Assembly (NCBI GenBank): GCA_041589455.1 | Contig: JBFHVQ010000004.1 | Span: 2,191-66,190 of the forward strand | DNA: 64,000 nucleotides | Reading direction: 5' to 3' | DNA from: Gammaproteobacteria bacterium | GTDB taxonomy: Bacteria > Pseudomonadota > Gammaproteobacteria > SZUA-229 | Position numbers and translations under genes: made by a program | Shown: positions 1 through 9,537 of the stretch, in pieces | Numbering within the stretch: the stretch's first letter is position 1 | Layout: each line of letters starts with the position of its first letter | The notes under the pieces: model-generated | The model's database searches: none | What the model was told of the DNA's origin: nothing | Seen by the model: only the letters and a program-made list of their open reading frames with translations

Positions 1-762
1 AAATGAGATATTTAATTCAGCGGCAACAGCGTTCATCGACTGATCAGTGTTGCTTTCGTGTAGCCAGAGTAAATTTCCGCCTTGCTGAATGTAATTCACG
101 ATGCTTCTGATTTCGTTTTCATGCAGCGCATTATCTGCTGAAGAAATCACCAGTACGTCTCTTCCAGGGCTTAGCGTATGCTGGAGCAGATTAATGTGTC
201 TGCTAATGAAACCTTTCTGTGATAATTGTTGTGCCAGCAGGGCGTAGCCGCGAGGAGAGCTATCGGTAATGCTTATATCATTGTGCTGAGTCAGAAACAA
301 TAAGCTGGCTTGTTCCCCTCGATACAAGCGCAGCAGTGCATTGGTGATGCTTTCTTCGCTTAATGAATCGATGCGCTCCTGCTGCCCGTTGTATTCAATG
401 ATTGTCTGGCCATACTTTTCAATGTGGTCGGCTTTTGCCTGGGCAATATGCAGGTCCGGATTAATAACCTGAAAATTGAAGTTGCTGTTATTGTATTTAT
501 AACGGTTGAGGATTTCTGTGATTGCCTTAATTAATGTGGCATCGTCAGCCTGATAGCTGCGTATGCTTACCGGTTGATTTATTTCTGCTAGTAACTGAAG
601 GGTATCCTGACTGAGTGAATGACGGGCGCCGGCTGTCCAGTCGCTACGAATATTATATTCATTGCTGAGCCAGCCGGCGCTGAAAATGCACGACAGTAGT
701 AGAATGACATAGATGATGTGCTGTATACGGAAGTTAATGCGTGTTGCGCTGGTGACTTTCAT
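1..762 (-). CDS. GldG-like auxiliary component of an ABC-2 transport system (partial; C-terminus lies beyond the window start)
   Basis: Manual translation of the minus strand from ATG at 762-760 gives MKVTSATRINFRIQHIIYVILLLSCIFSAGWLSNEYNIRSDWTAGARHSLSQDTL..., open to position 1. The start overlaps the stop of the upstream ABC-2 permease (ATGA). An N-terminal TM anchor followed by a soluble domain downstream of an ATPase and ABC-2 permease is the GldG-type arrangement. Not in the ORF track because it is truncated. Confidence 0.6.
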   Translation of the reverse strand, partial: MKVTSATRINFRIQHIIYVILLLSCIFSAGWLSNEYNIRSDWTAGARHSLSQDTLQLLAEINQPVSIRSYQADDATLIKAITEILNRYKYNNSNFNFQVINPDLHIAQAKADHIEKYGQTIIEYNGQQERIDSLSEESITNALLRLYRGEQASLLFLTQHNDISITDSSPRGYALLAQQLSQKGFISRHINLLQHTLSPGRDVLVISSADNALHENEIRSIVNYIQQGGNLLWLHESNTDQSMNAVAAELNISF

Positions 763-1511
763 TGTTGTAGCCTCTGCGCATCAAGCTGACGGATGCTAAG
801 TAAAATAAAGCCAAGGCTAAATAATATAAAATAGGCAACATCAGCGGTGTTCACGATGCCACGAAGCATTTGTATGCTGTGGTGAGTGATCGATAGATAG
901 TTGAAAAAATTACTGTCTTCGCCACCGCTATTTCCCGCAATATTAATAATCCAGAACAGAATAAGCAGGCCATAGGTGCTAATCGCTGCAATGCCTGGTT
1001 GTCTGGTCAGACTGGACATATAAAGACCCAGTGCAACAAAAGCTAACACATTAAGAAATACACCCAGTAACCCGGAAGCGAGTTTGCCGTAATCTAATGA
1101 CGTGGCAAAGGACAGGGAAAGCGGCATCAGACTGCAGAGTAAAATAATAATCAGGAAAAATATCAGAGCGCCAAGGTATTTTCCCAGAATAATCTGGCTC
1201 ATTGATACCGGCGAAGATAATAAAAGTTTCAGTGTGCCTGACTGACGTTCTTCGCTTAATAAACGCATGGTAATTAATGGGGTAACGATTAACAGCAGAA
1301 GTTTCAGGAAATCCAGCAGTGGTGCAACCACCAGATCCGTTACACCTGGTGCATTTCGAATTTTTATCAGTTCTGCCTGGAGGCTGAAAAAAATGTCGAT
1401 ATTGGAAAGGAACTTCCAGCTTAATAATATCTGTACTATTGCCAGTATGATCCACGCGAGGGGTGAATAAAAGAGGCTGCGCAGTTCTCGAAGTGCAATA
1501 TTAAAAATCAT
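759..1511 (-). CDS. ABC-2 type transporter permease
   Basis: 250-aa polytopic membrane protein (about 6 hydrophobic segments). It overlaps the upstream ABC ATPase gene and the downstream GldG-like gene. Confidence 0.8.
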   Translation of the reverse strand: MIFNIALRELRSLFYSPLAWIILAIVQILLSWKFLSNIDIFFSLQAELIKIRNAPGVTDLVVAPLLDFLKLLLLIVTPLITMRLLSEERQSGTLKLLLSSPVSMSQIILGKYLGALIFFLIIILLCSLMPLSLSFATSLDYGKLASGLLGVFLNVLAFVALGLYMSSLTRQPGIAAISTYGLLILFWIINIAGNSGGEDSNFFNYLSITHHSIQMLRGIVNTADVAYFILFSLGFILLSIRQLDAQRLQQ

Positions 1512-2445
1512 CTGCCGCTCCTTCAGCTAGCCCTTGCTCGCCGCTGGTAAACTGCATAAAAAGCTGTTCCAGAGTATTTCTTTGAGGACTGATCTCAGAT
1601 AGTTGCCAGCCATTTTCAACACATAGCTGACTGATCTCCGAGGTGTGTTGCAAAATATCTTCGCCATCCAGTAGATAATGTCCGGGTTCAATTTCGGTGA
1701 CAGATGATACAGAGTCAATGTTTTGTAAGTTCTGTAATTCTGGTGGGTGCTTAAGTCGCAGTCTGATTTGTGAGTTTTTTTGAAGCTGGTCCATATCGCT
1801 GTTAAAAACCGATTTACCCTGATAAATAATTTGTACCCGGTTACACACAGCCTGTACTTCAGGCAGGATATGGGTTGAAAGTATAATGCCGTGTTGTTTG
1901 CCGAGCTCACAGATGAGTTTACGAATTTCCTGCATCTGTATCGGGTCCAGGCCAACGGTTGGTTCATCAAGAATAATCACTTTTGGTTGATGAATAATTG
2001 CCTGAGCTATGCCGACACGTTGTTGATAACCCTTTGACAGATTGCTAATCAGGCGACGACTAAATTCACCCAGGCCACAACGTTGCTTGGCCTGTTCGCG
2101 AAGTGAGTGAATTTCACTTTTGGGGATGCGTCTTAAACGAGCCGCATAGTCGAGGTATTCATCGACGGTTAGCTCCTCGTAGAGTGGCGGCTTGTCTGGC
2201 AGGTAGCCAATATGGCGACGTGCTTCATTGGGTTGTTCCAGTAAATCGAAGCCATTGATAATGATTTCACCGGCACTCGGTGCCAGTGTGCCACTCAGCA
2301 TTTGCATACAGCTGGATTTGCCAGCGCCATTGGGGCCCAGTAAGCCGAGTATATCGCCCTGCTGTAAATCAATAGACAGGTCGTTTACCGCGTGGGTGTC
2401 GGCATAATAGCGATGCAGGTTTGAGGCATTTATCAGTTGTGGCAT
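1501..2445 (-). CDS. ABC transporter ATP-binding protein
   Basis: Walker A GPNGAGKSS, ABC signature LSKGYQQRV and Walker B VIILDEPTVGLD are visible in the 314-aa translation. Confidence 0.9.
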   Translation of the reverse strand: MPQLINASNLHRYYADTHAVNDLSIDLQQGDILGLLGPNGAGKSSCMQMLSGTLAPSAGEIIINGFDLLEQPNEARRHIGYLPDKPPLYEELTVDEYLDYAARLRRIPKSEIHSLREQAKQRCGLGEFSRRLISNLSKGYQQRVGIAQAIIHQPKVIILDEPTVGLDPIQMQEIRKLICELGKQHGIILSTHILPEVQAVCNRVQIIYQGKSVFNSDMDQLQKNSQIRLRLKHPPELQNLQNIDSVSSVTEIEPGHYLLDGEDILQHTSEISQLCVENGWQLSEISPQRNTLEQLFMQFTSGEQGLAEGAADDF

Positions 2446-2562
2446 GGAGCAAAATAGTATCAGGAAAATAGGTGCTTACAACCACTGAAAGAAAAGTTTG
2501 CAGGATATTTTCACAGTGCGCCTGGCATTGGGTATGATTGAGCATTCTACAATAAGATTTCC

Positions 2563-4596
2563 ATGCAGTTTGATATGAGCAAAATACATTGGCTTGGTGT
2601 TGATACCGGCGGTACATTTACTGACTTTGTTTACTTTGATGGTCAGTCGGTTCGGGTGCACAAAGTGCTATCGACCCCGAGTTCCCCTGAGCGAGCGATT
2701 CTTCAGGGTATTCAGGAGATGCGGCTGGACACTCAGAATTTACACCTTGTCCATGGCTCGACGGTTGCGACCAATGCTGTGCTGGAAGCGAAAGGTGTTA
2801 AAACAGTTTATATCACTAATCAGGGGTTTACGGATGTGCTGAGTATTGGTCGCCAGGCCAGGCAGCAGTTGTATAACCTGTCGCCGGTTCCGAGGCCTGA
2901 GCTTATCCAGCCAGAGCATTGCCTGTCGTTAAATGTCCGTGTCAATGCTCAGGGTAAAGAATTGAGTACGCTGCATGACGCGCAGCTTGAGCAATTGCTG
3001 GCGCAGCTGCAGCAGATATCGCCGAGCTCTGTAGCAGTAAATTTTTTATTTTCTTTTTTAAATTCACAGCATGAGCAACAGCTTAAGACGTTTTTAAAGA
3101 AAAAATTGCCAGAGCTTTTTATTAGCTGCTCCAGTGATGTGCTGGCGGAATACCGTGAATATGAACGAGGCATGGCCACCGCATTAAATGCCTATGTTGG
3201 GCCATTGATGCAAGGTTATTTAAATCGTCTGGGTAAGGCCTTACAGTCATTCGTAGAACACCAGCAACAGGCGGCTGTGCTGTCAGTAATGCAAAGTAGT
3301 GGTGGAACCATTAGTGCAGAGCAGGCAGGGCAGCATGCGGTTAGTCTGTTACTGTCAGGCCCTGCTGGTGGTTTAAAGGGTGCGCAGTATATTGCTTCGT
3401 TAAGTGGACAACAGCAGCTGATGAGTTTTGATATGGGAGGCACCTCAACCGATGTGGCGCTCATGGATGGCAATATCCGCCTGACTTCTGAAGGTATGAT
3501 TGGTGACTATCCGGTGGCAGTTCCCATGGTGGATATGCATACCATTGGTGCTGGCGGTGGTTCAATCGCCTTTGTAGATTCTGGTGGTTTATTAAATGTC
3601 GGGCCAAAATCAGCCGGCGCCAGTCCGGGGCCAGCCTGTTACGGCGCGGGTGGTAAAGATGCGACGGTGACGGATGCTAATCTTATTCTTGGTCGATTAC
3701 GTTCGGATGGCTTTCTGGGTAAAGGCATGTCGCTGGATATAGCTGCCGCTCAACAGGCGATGCAGTCGATTGCCGATACCCTGCAACTGACACTGGAGCA
3801 GGCGGCTGAAGGTGTTATTCGTATTGCTAATGAGCATATGGCGAGAGCGTTGAGAACCATTTCAGTCCAACGGGGATTTGACCCGCAGAATTTTACCCTG
3901 ATTAGCTTTGGTGGAGCTGGTGGCTTGCATGTGTGTGCGCTGGCCGATGCATTGTCAATGAAGCGCGCACTGGTGCCAGTTTATGGGGGGGTTTTATCTG
4001 CGCTGGGGATGCTGGTTTCACCGCCAGGTCGTGAACTTTCGGTATCGGCGATACAGTTGCTGTCTTCACTGGAAATAGACGGACTGTCACAAATGTTTGC
4101 CGAGCTTGAAGTGAAGGGTGTCGCAGAAATGCAGGCAGAACTGGCAGGTGACTTACCGCGCTTGCAGCGGTCACTGGATTTGCGTTATCAGGGGCAGAGT
4201 TTTACCCTGAATATTGCTATTAATGATGGAGAAGAGATAACTATTCAGTCATTGCAGCAACAGTTTCATCAGCTTCACCGCCAAACGTATGGGCACGAAT
4301 TACAGCTGCCGGTAGAGCTGGTCAATATTCGATTAAGTCTACGAGGAATGGCGTCGCCATTTTCTTTACCTGAGGTGCAATCTCAAAACGTCGAGATGAA
4401 TTCAGCGTCTAGCATTGAATGTTATGGTTATCCTGAAGGTGTGCAGTTGTATCAACGTGAACAATTACAGGCGGGACAGTTAATTGAGGGGCCGGCACTG
4501 GTGTTGGAGAAAGTATCTACTACTTTAATCGATCGTAACTGGAACTGTCGAGTGGATGCGGTTGGGAACTTACAGCTGACGCGTGAGGCGGATTAG
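2563..4596 (+). CDS. Hydantoinase/oxoprolinase family protein (HyuA-type, ATP-dependent A subunit)
   Basis: 677 aa. N-terminal GVDTGGTFTD and later FDMGGTSTD sugar-kinase/actin-fold phosphate motifs are typical of N-methylhydantoinase A / 5-oxoprolinase. The true start may be the internal MSKIHW. Confidence 0.85.
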   Translation: MQFDMSKIHWLGVDTGGTFTDFVYFDGQSVRVHKVLSTPSSPERAILQGIQEMRLDTQNLHLVHGSTVATNAVLEAKGVKTVYITNQGFTDVLSIGRQARQQLYNLSPVPRPELIQPEHCLSLNVRVNAQGKELSTLHDAQLEQLLAQLQQISPSSVAVNFLFSFLNSQHEQQLKTFLKKKLPELFISCSSDVLAEYREYERGMATALNAYVGPLMQGYLNRLGKALQSFVEHQQQAAVLSVMQSSGGTISAEQAGQHAVSLLLSGPAGGLKGAQYIASLSGQQQLMSFDMGGTSTDVALMDGNIRLTSEGMIGDYPVAVPMVDMHTIGAGGGSIAFVDSGGLLNVGPKSAGASPGPACYGAGGKDATVTDANLILGRLRSDGFLGKGMSLDIAAAQQAMQSIADTLQLTLEQAAEGVIRIANEHMARALRTISVQRGFDPQNFTLISFGGAGGLHVCALADALSMKRALVPVYGGVLSALGMLVSPPGRELSVSAIQLLSSLEIDGLSQMFAELEVKGVAEMQAELAGDLPRLQRSLDLRYQGQSFTLNIAINDGEEITIQSLQQQFHQLHRQTYGHELQLPVELVNIRLSLRGMASPFSLPEVQSQNVEMNSASSIECYGYPEGVQLYQREQLQAGQLIEGPALVLEKVSTTLIDRNWNCRVDAVGNLQLTREAD

Positions 4597-5798
4597 CGAA
4601 TTGACTGGGTGACGCCTTCTGCCCATTGATCTGCCTGTAGATACAGATTTGAAAGCTCGGCTTTGCTGATGCCCTTGATATTCACCTGATCGGCAGCGGA
4701 AGTCTCAAGCAGCTTACTGCACTTTACTAATACGCCAATATTGCCTTTGTGTTCGAGAATGCCGCGCTTGACACTGTCAGCCAGGGGTAAGGGTTCTATC
4801 AGGGTTTCGATGGGGCGTTCCATTAAAATATCCAGCGCCGAAAACATGCCCGCGGTAAAGAACTGATCTTCATCTTTCAGTTTAAATCGTAGAGCGATAA
4901 GTTCACATACCTTGGCGCGAACCATGCCAAGTTTAATCAGAGATGCTGGCTGGTCGCCGACACTGCTAAGTGCTAGCAGTGAGGCCCAGCTAATCAGTTT
5001 TTTTCTTCCCAGAAATACCACGGCGCGTTTTATGGAATCGACATCGGTCGTCAGGTTAAAGAAAGCGGAATTAATTAGCTTAAGTAACTTGTAACTAAGG
5101 GTCAGGTCTGAGCTGATAACGTCTTCGACTTCATTAATTTCTGACTTACTGTTATGCAGAGTGGATAGCAGCTGCATAATAGAGAGTTTGTTGCTCTCCA
5201 GTGTTTTGCCTTTGATAATGCGTGGTCGGCTTAGGAAGTATCCCTGGAAGTAGTCGAAGCCCATGTCCGCATAAGTATCGTATTCGTCAAGAGATTCAAC
5301 CTTGTCAGCAAGAAATTTTACATTGAACTTTTTTAGTCCTTTGAGTCTTGCGGCCATTGTTTCTTTGGAATGTTCGCGAATATTGAGTTTATAAATATCG
5401 GTTAACTTAATGATCGTATTGAAATCAGGAATATCCCTGAGGTCTTCCACAGCAAGTGTAAAACCGGCCTGTTTCAGGTTTTTAAGCGCCTTAATGGTTG
5501 ATGGGTTAACGGAAATATCCGCATGAATGTCGAGTATCACGCGTTCAGCTGGTATGGGAAGCGCGTCTTCCTCAATCAAAAATCGCTCAGAAAGGTTAAT
5601 GCAGGCGAGGGCATTGCCTACCAGGTTGTCCAGGCCCATATCCAGAAAAGTATTGATGACGACTTGCGAAGTTGCGCTATCCTGGCTTTGTATATCACCA
5701 GCGGTATTTTTTTTGCCGGTTCTAAAGAGCATTTCGTAGGCGTAGATACCCAGCTGTTTATTATAGATGGGCTGGCGGCCGACGAAAATATCCTTCAT
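4593..5798 (-). CDS. EAL domain + HDOD domain protein (degenerate EAL)
   Basis: N-terminus FVGRQPIYNKQLGIYAYEMLFR and QGYFLSRP bracket an EAL fold. The C-terminal half has the HDOD pattern (VISSDLTLSYKLLKLINSAFF...VVFLGRKKL). Confidence 0.8.
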   Translation of the reverse strand: MKDIFVGRQPIYNKQLGIYAYEMLFRTGKKNTAGDIQSQDSATSQVVINTFLDMGLDNLVGNALACINLSERFLIEEDALPIPAERVILDIHADISVNPSTIKALKNLKQAGFTLAVEDLRDIPDFNTIIKLTDIYKLNIREHSKETMAARLKGLKKFNVKFLADKVESLDEYDTYADMGFDYFQGYFLSRPRIIKGKTLESNKLSIMQLLSTLHNSKSEINEVEDVISSDLTLSYKLLKLINSAFFNLTTDVDSIKRAVVFLGRKKLISWASLLALSSVGDQPASLIKLGMVRAKVCELIALRFKLKDEDQFFTAGMFSALDILMERPIETLIEPLPLADSVKRGILEHKGNIGVLVKCSKLLETSAADQVNIKGISKAELSNLYLQADQWAEGVTQSIR

Positions 5799-5845
5799 GT
5801 ATTTGTGTGCTCGTTTGTTATCAGAAATTAAGGTTGAGTCTAATA

Positions 5846-7045
5846 CTAAATGCTGCTCAGTACATCCTCTGCCCAGTTAATTGCCTCGATATTAATATCT
5901 GACAAGTCATCCGGGCTTAAATTGGCAAAGCGAATATTCACCCAGTCACCCTGCTCTTGTGCTAGTGCGCAGTTTAATGCATCGCCGAGTTCACCTTCGC
6001 GGTTGAGTAGTGCGGCGATGACGTTATCGGCGAGCGGCAATGGGGAGATGAGCTCTTCCAAGCTGCGATCCATTAATAGATCGAGTGATGAGAACATGCC
6101 AACGGTAAAGAAAATATCTGCCTGCTTGAGGCTGGCCTTTTCAGCCATGAGTTCACAGCTACGAGCGCGAATCATTGAAATGCGTACTTGCTCTATTGGT
6201 TTATTATCCATGCCGCTGAGTGCCATCATCGAGGCCCATGTGCAGAGTTGTTTGCGACCAAGCATAACCGTTGCATGTTGGATTGATTCAATTTTTGTGG
6301 AGCGAGAGAAGAAAGCTGAATTCATTAATTGCAGCAGTTTATAGCTCAGTGCGACATCTTTAGTGATGATGTCGACAATGGTGTCGGTATCGGTTTCCGG
6401 GTTGTGTAAGGTCGAAAGTAGATTGATTACACTCATCTGGTTGGAGTCGAGCGATTCGCCGCTCACTATACGAGGCCGGTTGAGGAAATAGCCCTGAATA
6501 TAGTCGACCCCTACATCTCTGCAGGTTTCATATTCCTCGTGGGTTTTGACATGATCCGCGAGGATAATGGGATGAAGCTTTTTCAGGATCTTAAGATGGG
6601 CGCGAATTTCAGCGGCTTTCAGGTTTTCGATATTGATGTCGATAACGCTTGCCAGGCTGGCCAGAGGTTGTAATTGGGGGTGTTGTAAGTAGTTATCCAG
6701 CGCCAGCTTGAAGCCCAGGCTGGCAAGGCGCTTTACCCCGGTAATCACCTCGGAGGTGACATTGATGTAGTCTGGTATTTTTAAAATGACGCGGTCAGTG
6801 GGTAGGGGGAGTTCGTAATCGCTCTGTAAAAAGTGTTCTGTGAGTGTGAGAAAGGCGATTTTATCCCTGACGAGCTTATCTATACCTATTTCCATAAAGG
6901 CGTTAATAATGACTTGTGATGTAGCCTTGTCGGCAGCAAAAGATTCGTTTTCATCTGCCTCGGTACCATGAGGCATGAGCTCATAGGCATATACATCGAG
7001 GTCTCGAGTGTAGATGGGTTGGCGCCCTACAAAAATCTCGGCCAT
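5846..7045 (-). CDS. EAL domain + HDOD domain protein (paralog of the adjacent gene, degenerate EAL)
   Basis: Same architecture and collinear similarity to 4593-5798 (FVGRQPIY..YAYE, QGYFLNRPRI, LSTLHN, ALSYKLLQLMNSAFF). Confidence 0.8.
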   Translation of the reverse strand: MAEIFVGRQPIYTRDLDVYAYELMPHGTEADENESFAADKATSQVIINAFMEIGIDKLVRDKIAFLTLTEHFLQSDYELPLPTDRVILKIPDYINVTSEVITGVKRLASLGFKLALDNYLQHPQLQPLASLASVIDINIENLKAAEIRAHLKILKKLHPIILADHVKTHEEYETCRDVGVDYIQGYFLNRPRIVSGESLDSNQMSVINLLSTLHNPETDTDTIVDIITKDVALSYKLLQLMNSAFFSRSTKIESIQHATVMLGRKQLCTWASMMALSGMDNKPIEQVRISMIRARSCELMAEKASLKQADIFFTVGMFSSLDLLMDRSLEELISPLPLADNVIAALLNREGELGDALNCALAQEQGDWVNIRFANLSPDDLSDINIEAINWAEDVLSSI

Positions 7046-7136
7046 TAGTTATCCATTTTTTATAATCTGCGGTTGATTTGTAAGTTATTAATATAGTTTA
7101 TCTGAAATCAGTTTATAGTAGAGTTTTTTTCAGGCA

Positions 7137-7165
7137 TAAAAAAACCCGCGTGAGGCGGGTTTTTC
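7137..7165 (-). terminator. Rho-independent terminator downstream of rpmG
   Basis: GC stem cccgc/gcggg with a 5-nt loop. It is flanked by an A8 run on the plus strand, which is the U-tract on the minus strand, 16 nt after the rpmG stop. Confidence 0.7.
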
Positions 7166-7180
7166 TGAGCTGCAAGAAGC

Positions 7181-7336
7181 TTACTTGATTTTAGCTTCTT
7201 TGTAGATCACATACTTGCGAATGGTAGGATCAAACTTCTTGATCTCCATTTTTTCAGGCATGTTTTTCTTGTTCTTGTCTGTGGTGTAGAAGTGACCTGT
7301 ACCCGCAGATGAAACCAGTCTGATTTTTTCACGCAT
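7181..7336 (-). CDS. rpmG: 50S ribosomal protein L33
   Basis: Manual translation gives [51 protein letters not shown] (51 aa), directly downstream of rpmB. It is below the ORF-track length cutoff. Confidence 0.9.
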   Translation of the reverse strand: MREKIRLVSSAGTGHFYTTDKNKKNMPEKMEIKKFDPTIRKYVIYKEAKIK

Positions 7337-7347
7337 TGTTCGGCTCC

Positions 7348-7584
7348 TTATACTTTTTCGCCACGAGCACGCATTTCAGTTAATACTGAATCGATGCCTT
7401 TCTTGTCAATAATGCGCATACCAGCTGTTGAAACACGCAGTCTTACATAACGCTTTTCACTTTCCACCCAGAAACGGTGGTTGTGCAGGTTAGGCAAAAA
7501 ACGACGACGCGTCTTGTTATGCGCGTGTGATACATTGTTACCTGTCATCGGCTTCTTACCGGTGACCTGACATACTCTAGCCAT
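7348..7584 (-). CDS. rpmB: 50S ribosomal protein L28
   Basis: [33 protein letters not shown]... is the canonical L28 sequence, in the conserved rpmB-rpmG pair. Confidence 0.95.
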   Translation of the reverse strand: MARVCQVTGKKPMTGNNVSHAHNKTRRRFLPNLHNHRFWVESEKRYVRLRVSTAGMRIIDKKGIDSVLTEMRARGEKV

Positions 7585-7851
7585 GGATGACTCCAGTCAA
7601 AACTTAATTATAGAGCCCGCTGCCTATGGCCAGCAAACTCTGGAAATCTGAAAGGGGCGTGATAATAACGGATTCGAGGCCCTGAAACAAGCTCTTATGC
7701 TGCTTTAGTATTAAATTTGCTGACTAAACTTCCGAGCGGCTGGCGAGAAAATCGGCTTGGATGTATAGTGTGTCTTGATTTTAGCATGCGGCTAGCTGCT
7801 AAGGCATTGAAATTGATAGAAATAAGGTGATTCCCCTCCGGAAAGCAGAAG

Positions 7852-8208
7852 ATGATGGATAAAGTATATATAAGAGACCTACGCATCGAGACAGTGATTG
7901 GTATTTACGACTGGGAGAGGGAGATCCGTCAGATAGTGAGTCTGGATCTGGAAATGGGGACAGATATTCGTCGCGCTGGCGAAACTGACCATATTGATGA
8001 TACCTTGGACTATAAGTCAGTGGCTAAACGACTCATCGACTTTGTGGAGCAGTCAGAATTCCAGCTGGTGGAAGCACTGGCCGAGAATTGTGCACAGATC
8101 GTGCTCAATGAGTTCAATGTGCCCTGGATGAAGTTGCGCCTGAGCAAGCCCGGTGCTGTTACTGGTTCCCAGGATGTTGGCGTGATTATCGAGCGCAGCA
8201 AGGCTTAA
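7852..8208 (+). CDS. folB: Dihydroneopterin aldolase
   Basis: 118 aa. The IRDLRIETVIGIYDWEREIRQ...DYKSV pattern and its position directly upstream of folK support the call. Confidence 0.85.
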   Translation: MMDKVYIRDLRIETVIGIYDWEREIRQIVSLDLEMGTDIRRAGETDHIDDTLDYKSVAKRLIDFVEQSEFQLVEALAENCAQIVLNEFNVPWMKLRLSKPGAVTGSQDVGVIIERSKA

Positions 8209-8214
8209 CATAGC

Positions 8215-8712
8215 ATGGCATGGGTCTACATTAGTTTAGGCAGTAATATTGACCGTGATGTACTGACACGTGCCGGTGTTGCCTCACTGCGTGAGCATTA
8301 CGGTGAGCTGGTGTTATCATCGGTATATGAGAGCGAGGCAGTGGGTTTTGTCGGTGAAGACTTCTATAACATGGTTATTGGCCTGCAAACGGACGAAGAT
8401 GTGCTGACAGTTGCTGATAGATTGCATCAGATAGAAGACGCCCATGGCAGGGATCGTAGTGGCCCACGCTTTTCATCGAGAACCCTGGATCTGGATCTGC
8501 TGCTGTATGATGACCTGATATTGAAGCAGGGCAAGCTGGAGATCCCTCGGGATGAGATCCTGGAGCGAGCCTTTGTGCTTTGGCCGCTTGCCGAAATTGC
8601 ACCTGAACTGAAACACCCGGTTGAGCAGAAAAGCTATGCTGAGTTGTGGCAGGCATTTGATCAGAGCAAGGAAAAACTGCGCCCTATTGCATTTGATTTT
8701 GCAGCTAGCTAG
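8215..8712 (+). CDS. folK: 2-amino-4-hydroxy-6-hydroxymethyldihydropteridine diphosphokinase
   Basis: 165 aa. VYISLGSNI start, RTLDLDLLLY and ILERAFVLWPLAEIAP motifs are typical of HPPK. Confidence 0.9.
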   Translation: MAWVYISLGSNIDRDVLTRAGVASLREHYGELVLSSVYESEAVGFVGEDFYNMVIGLQTDEDVLTVADRLHQIEDAHGRDRSGPRFSSRTLDLDLLLYDDLILKQGKLEIPRDEILERAFVLWPLAEIAPELKHPVEQKSYAELWQAFDQSKEKLRPIAFDFAAS

Positions 8713-8728
8713 TGAGCACTTCAGATAA

Positions 8729-9487
8729 CTAGATATTAATACTGCGCCCACCACACACCGGTATCACCTGGCCGGTAATATAATCCGCCTCAAGCGCCAG
8801 AAATCTCACTGTTTTAGCAATATCCTCAGGGCTGCCCTGGCGTTTTAATGCGGTGCGGTCAAGTATTGAGTCCTGAACCTCAGGGTCCAGCTCACTGCTG
8901 GGCCACATAATTGCTCCCGGAGCCACACCATTAACGCGAATCTCTGGCCCCAGCTCTTTAGCCAGTGACTGAGTTAGCATGGCTAGGCCGGCTTTTGCAG
9001 CACAGTAGACCGGATGGGCTTTCATAGGGCGGTAAGCGTGTATGTCGACTATATTGATGATATTACCCTGGGTCTTTTTCAAATAAGGGGTTGCGGCCTG
9101 AGAGAGAAAGATTGGCGCCTTGAGGTTGCTGCCCATCAGGTCTTCCCAGTGATCCTCGGTGATCTCACCGACCGGGGTTGGGTAAAAGCTGGAGGCATTG
9201 TTCACCAGCAGGTCGAGTCGTCCCCAGAATGCCGCGGCCTGTTCTACTAGTGAGATCAGGGAAGGGGTGTCCAGTAAATCGGTTTTCACGCAGTGAGCGG
9301 AGTTGTCTCGGATCTGGTTGAGGCTGGCCGCCAGTTCTTCAGCAGCGCCAGCTGAGCTGCGATAGTGAATAATGATATTCATGCCGGCTTCATGCAGGGT
9401 GCGAGCAATATGCGCGCCAATACGGGCTGCAGCACCGGTGATTAAGGCGGTTTTGATCTCTGGTTTTATCTGTGTGAGTTGTGTCAT
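8729..9487 (-). CDS. Short-chain dehydrogenase/reductase, pteridine reductase-like
   Basis: TGAAARIG Rossmann motif, NNAS, and YCAAK catalytic Tyr/Lys. Convergent with folBK, a common context for FolM-like pteridine reductases. Confidence 0.7.
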   Translation of the reverse strand: MTQLTQIKPEIKTALITGAAARIGAHIARTLHEAGMNIIIHYRSSAGAAEELAASLNQIRDNSAHCVKTDLLDTPSLISLVEQAAAFWGRLDLLVNNASSFYPTPVGEITEDHWEDLMGSNLKAPIFLSQAATPYLKKTQGNIINIVDIHAYRPMKAHPVYCAAKAGLAMLTQSLAKELGPEIRVNGVAPGAIMWPSSELDPEVQDSILDRTALKRQGSPEDIAKTVRFLALEADYITGQVIPVCGGRSINI

Positions 9488-9537
9488 AGAATGCAGCTAT
9501 AAATAATTACTTTAACATTCCCTGAATTGTATCATTA

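Noticed and set aside
1527-1970. 147-aa alternative-frame ORF (and 1051-1455) within the ABC genes
   Set aside because: These are same-strand out-of-frame overlaps with well-supported ABC ATPase and permease genes.
5850-6344. 164-aa plus-strand ORF
   Set aside because: It lies entirely antisense within the second EAL-HDOD gene. Its Ser/Ala/Leu-rich low-complexity translation is typical of shadow ORFs opposite a real gene.
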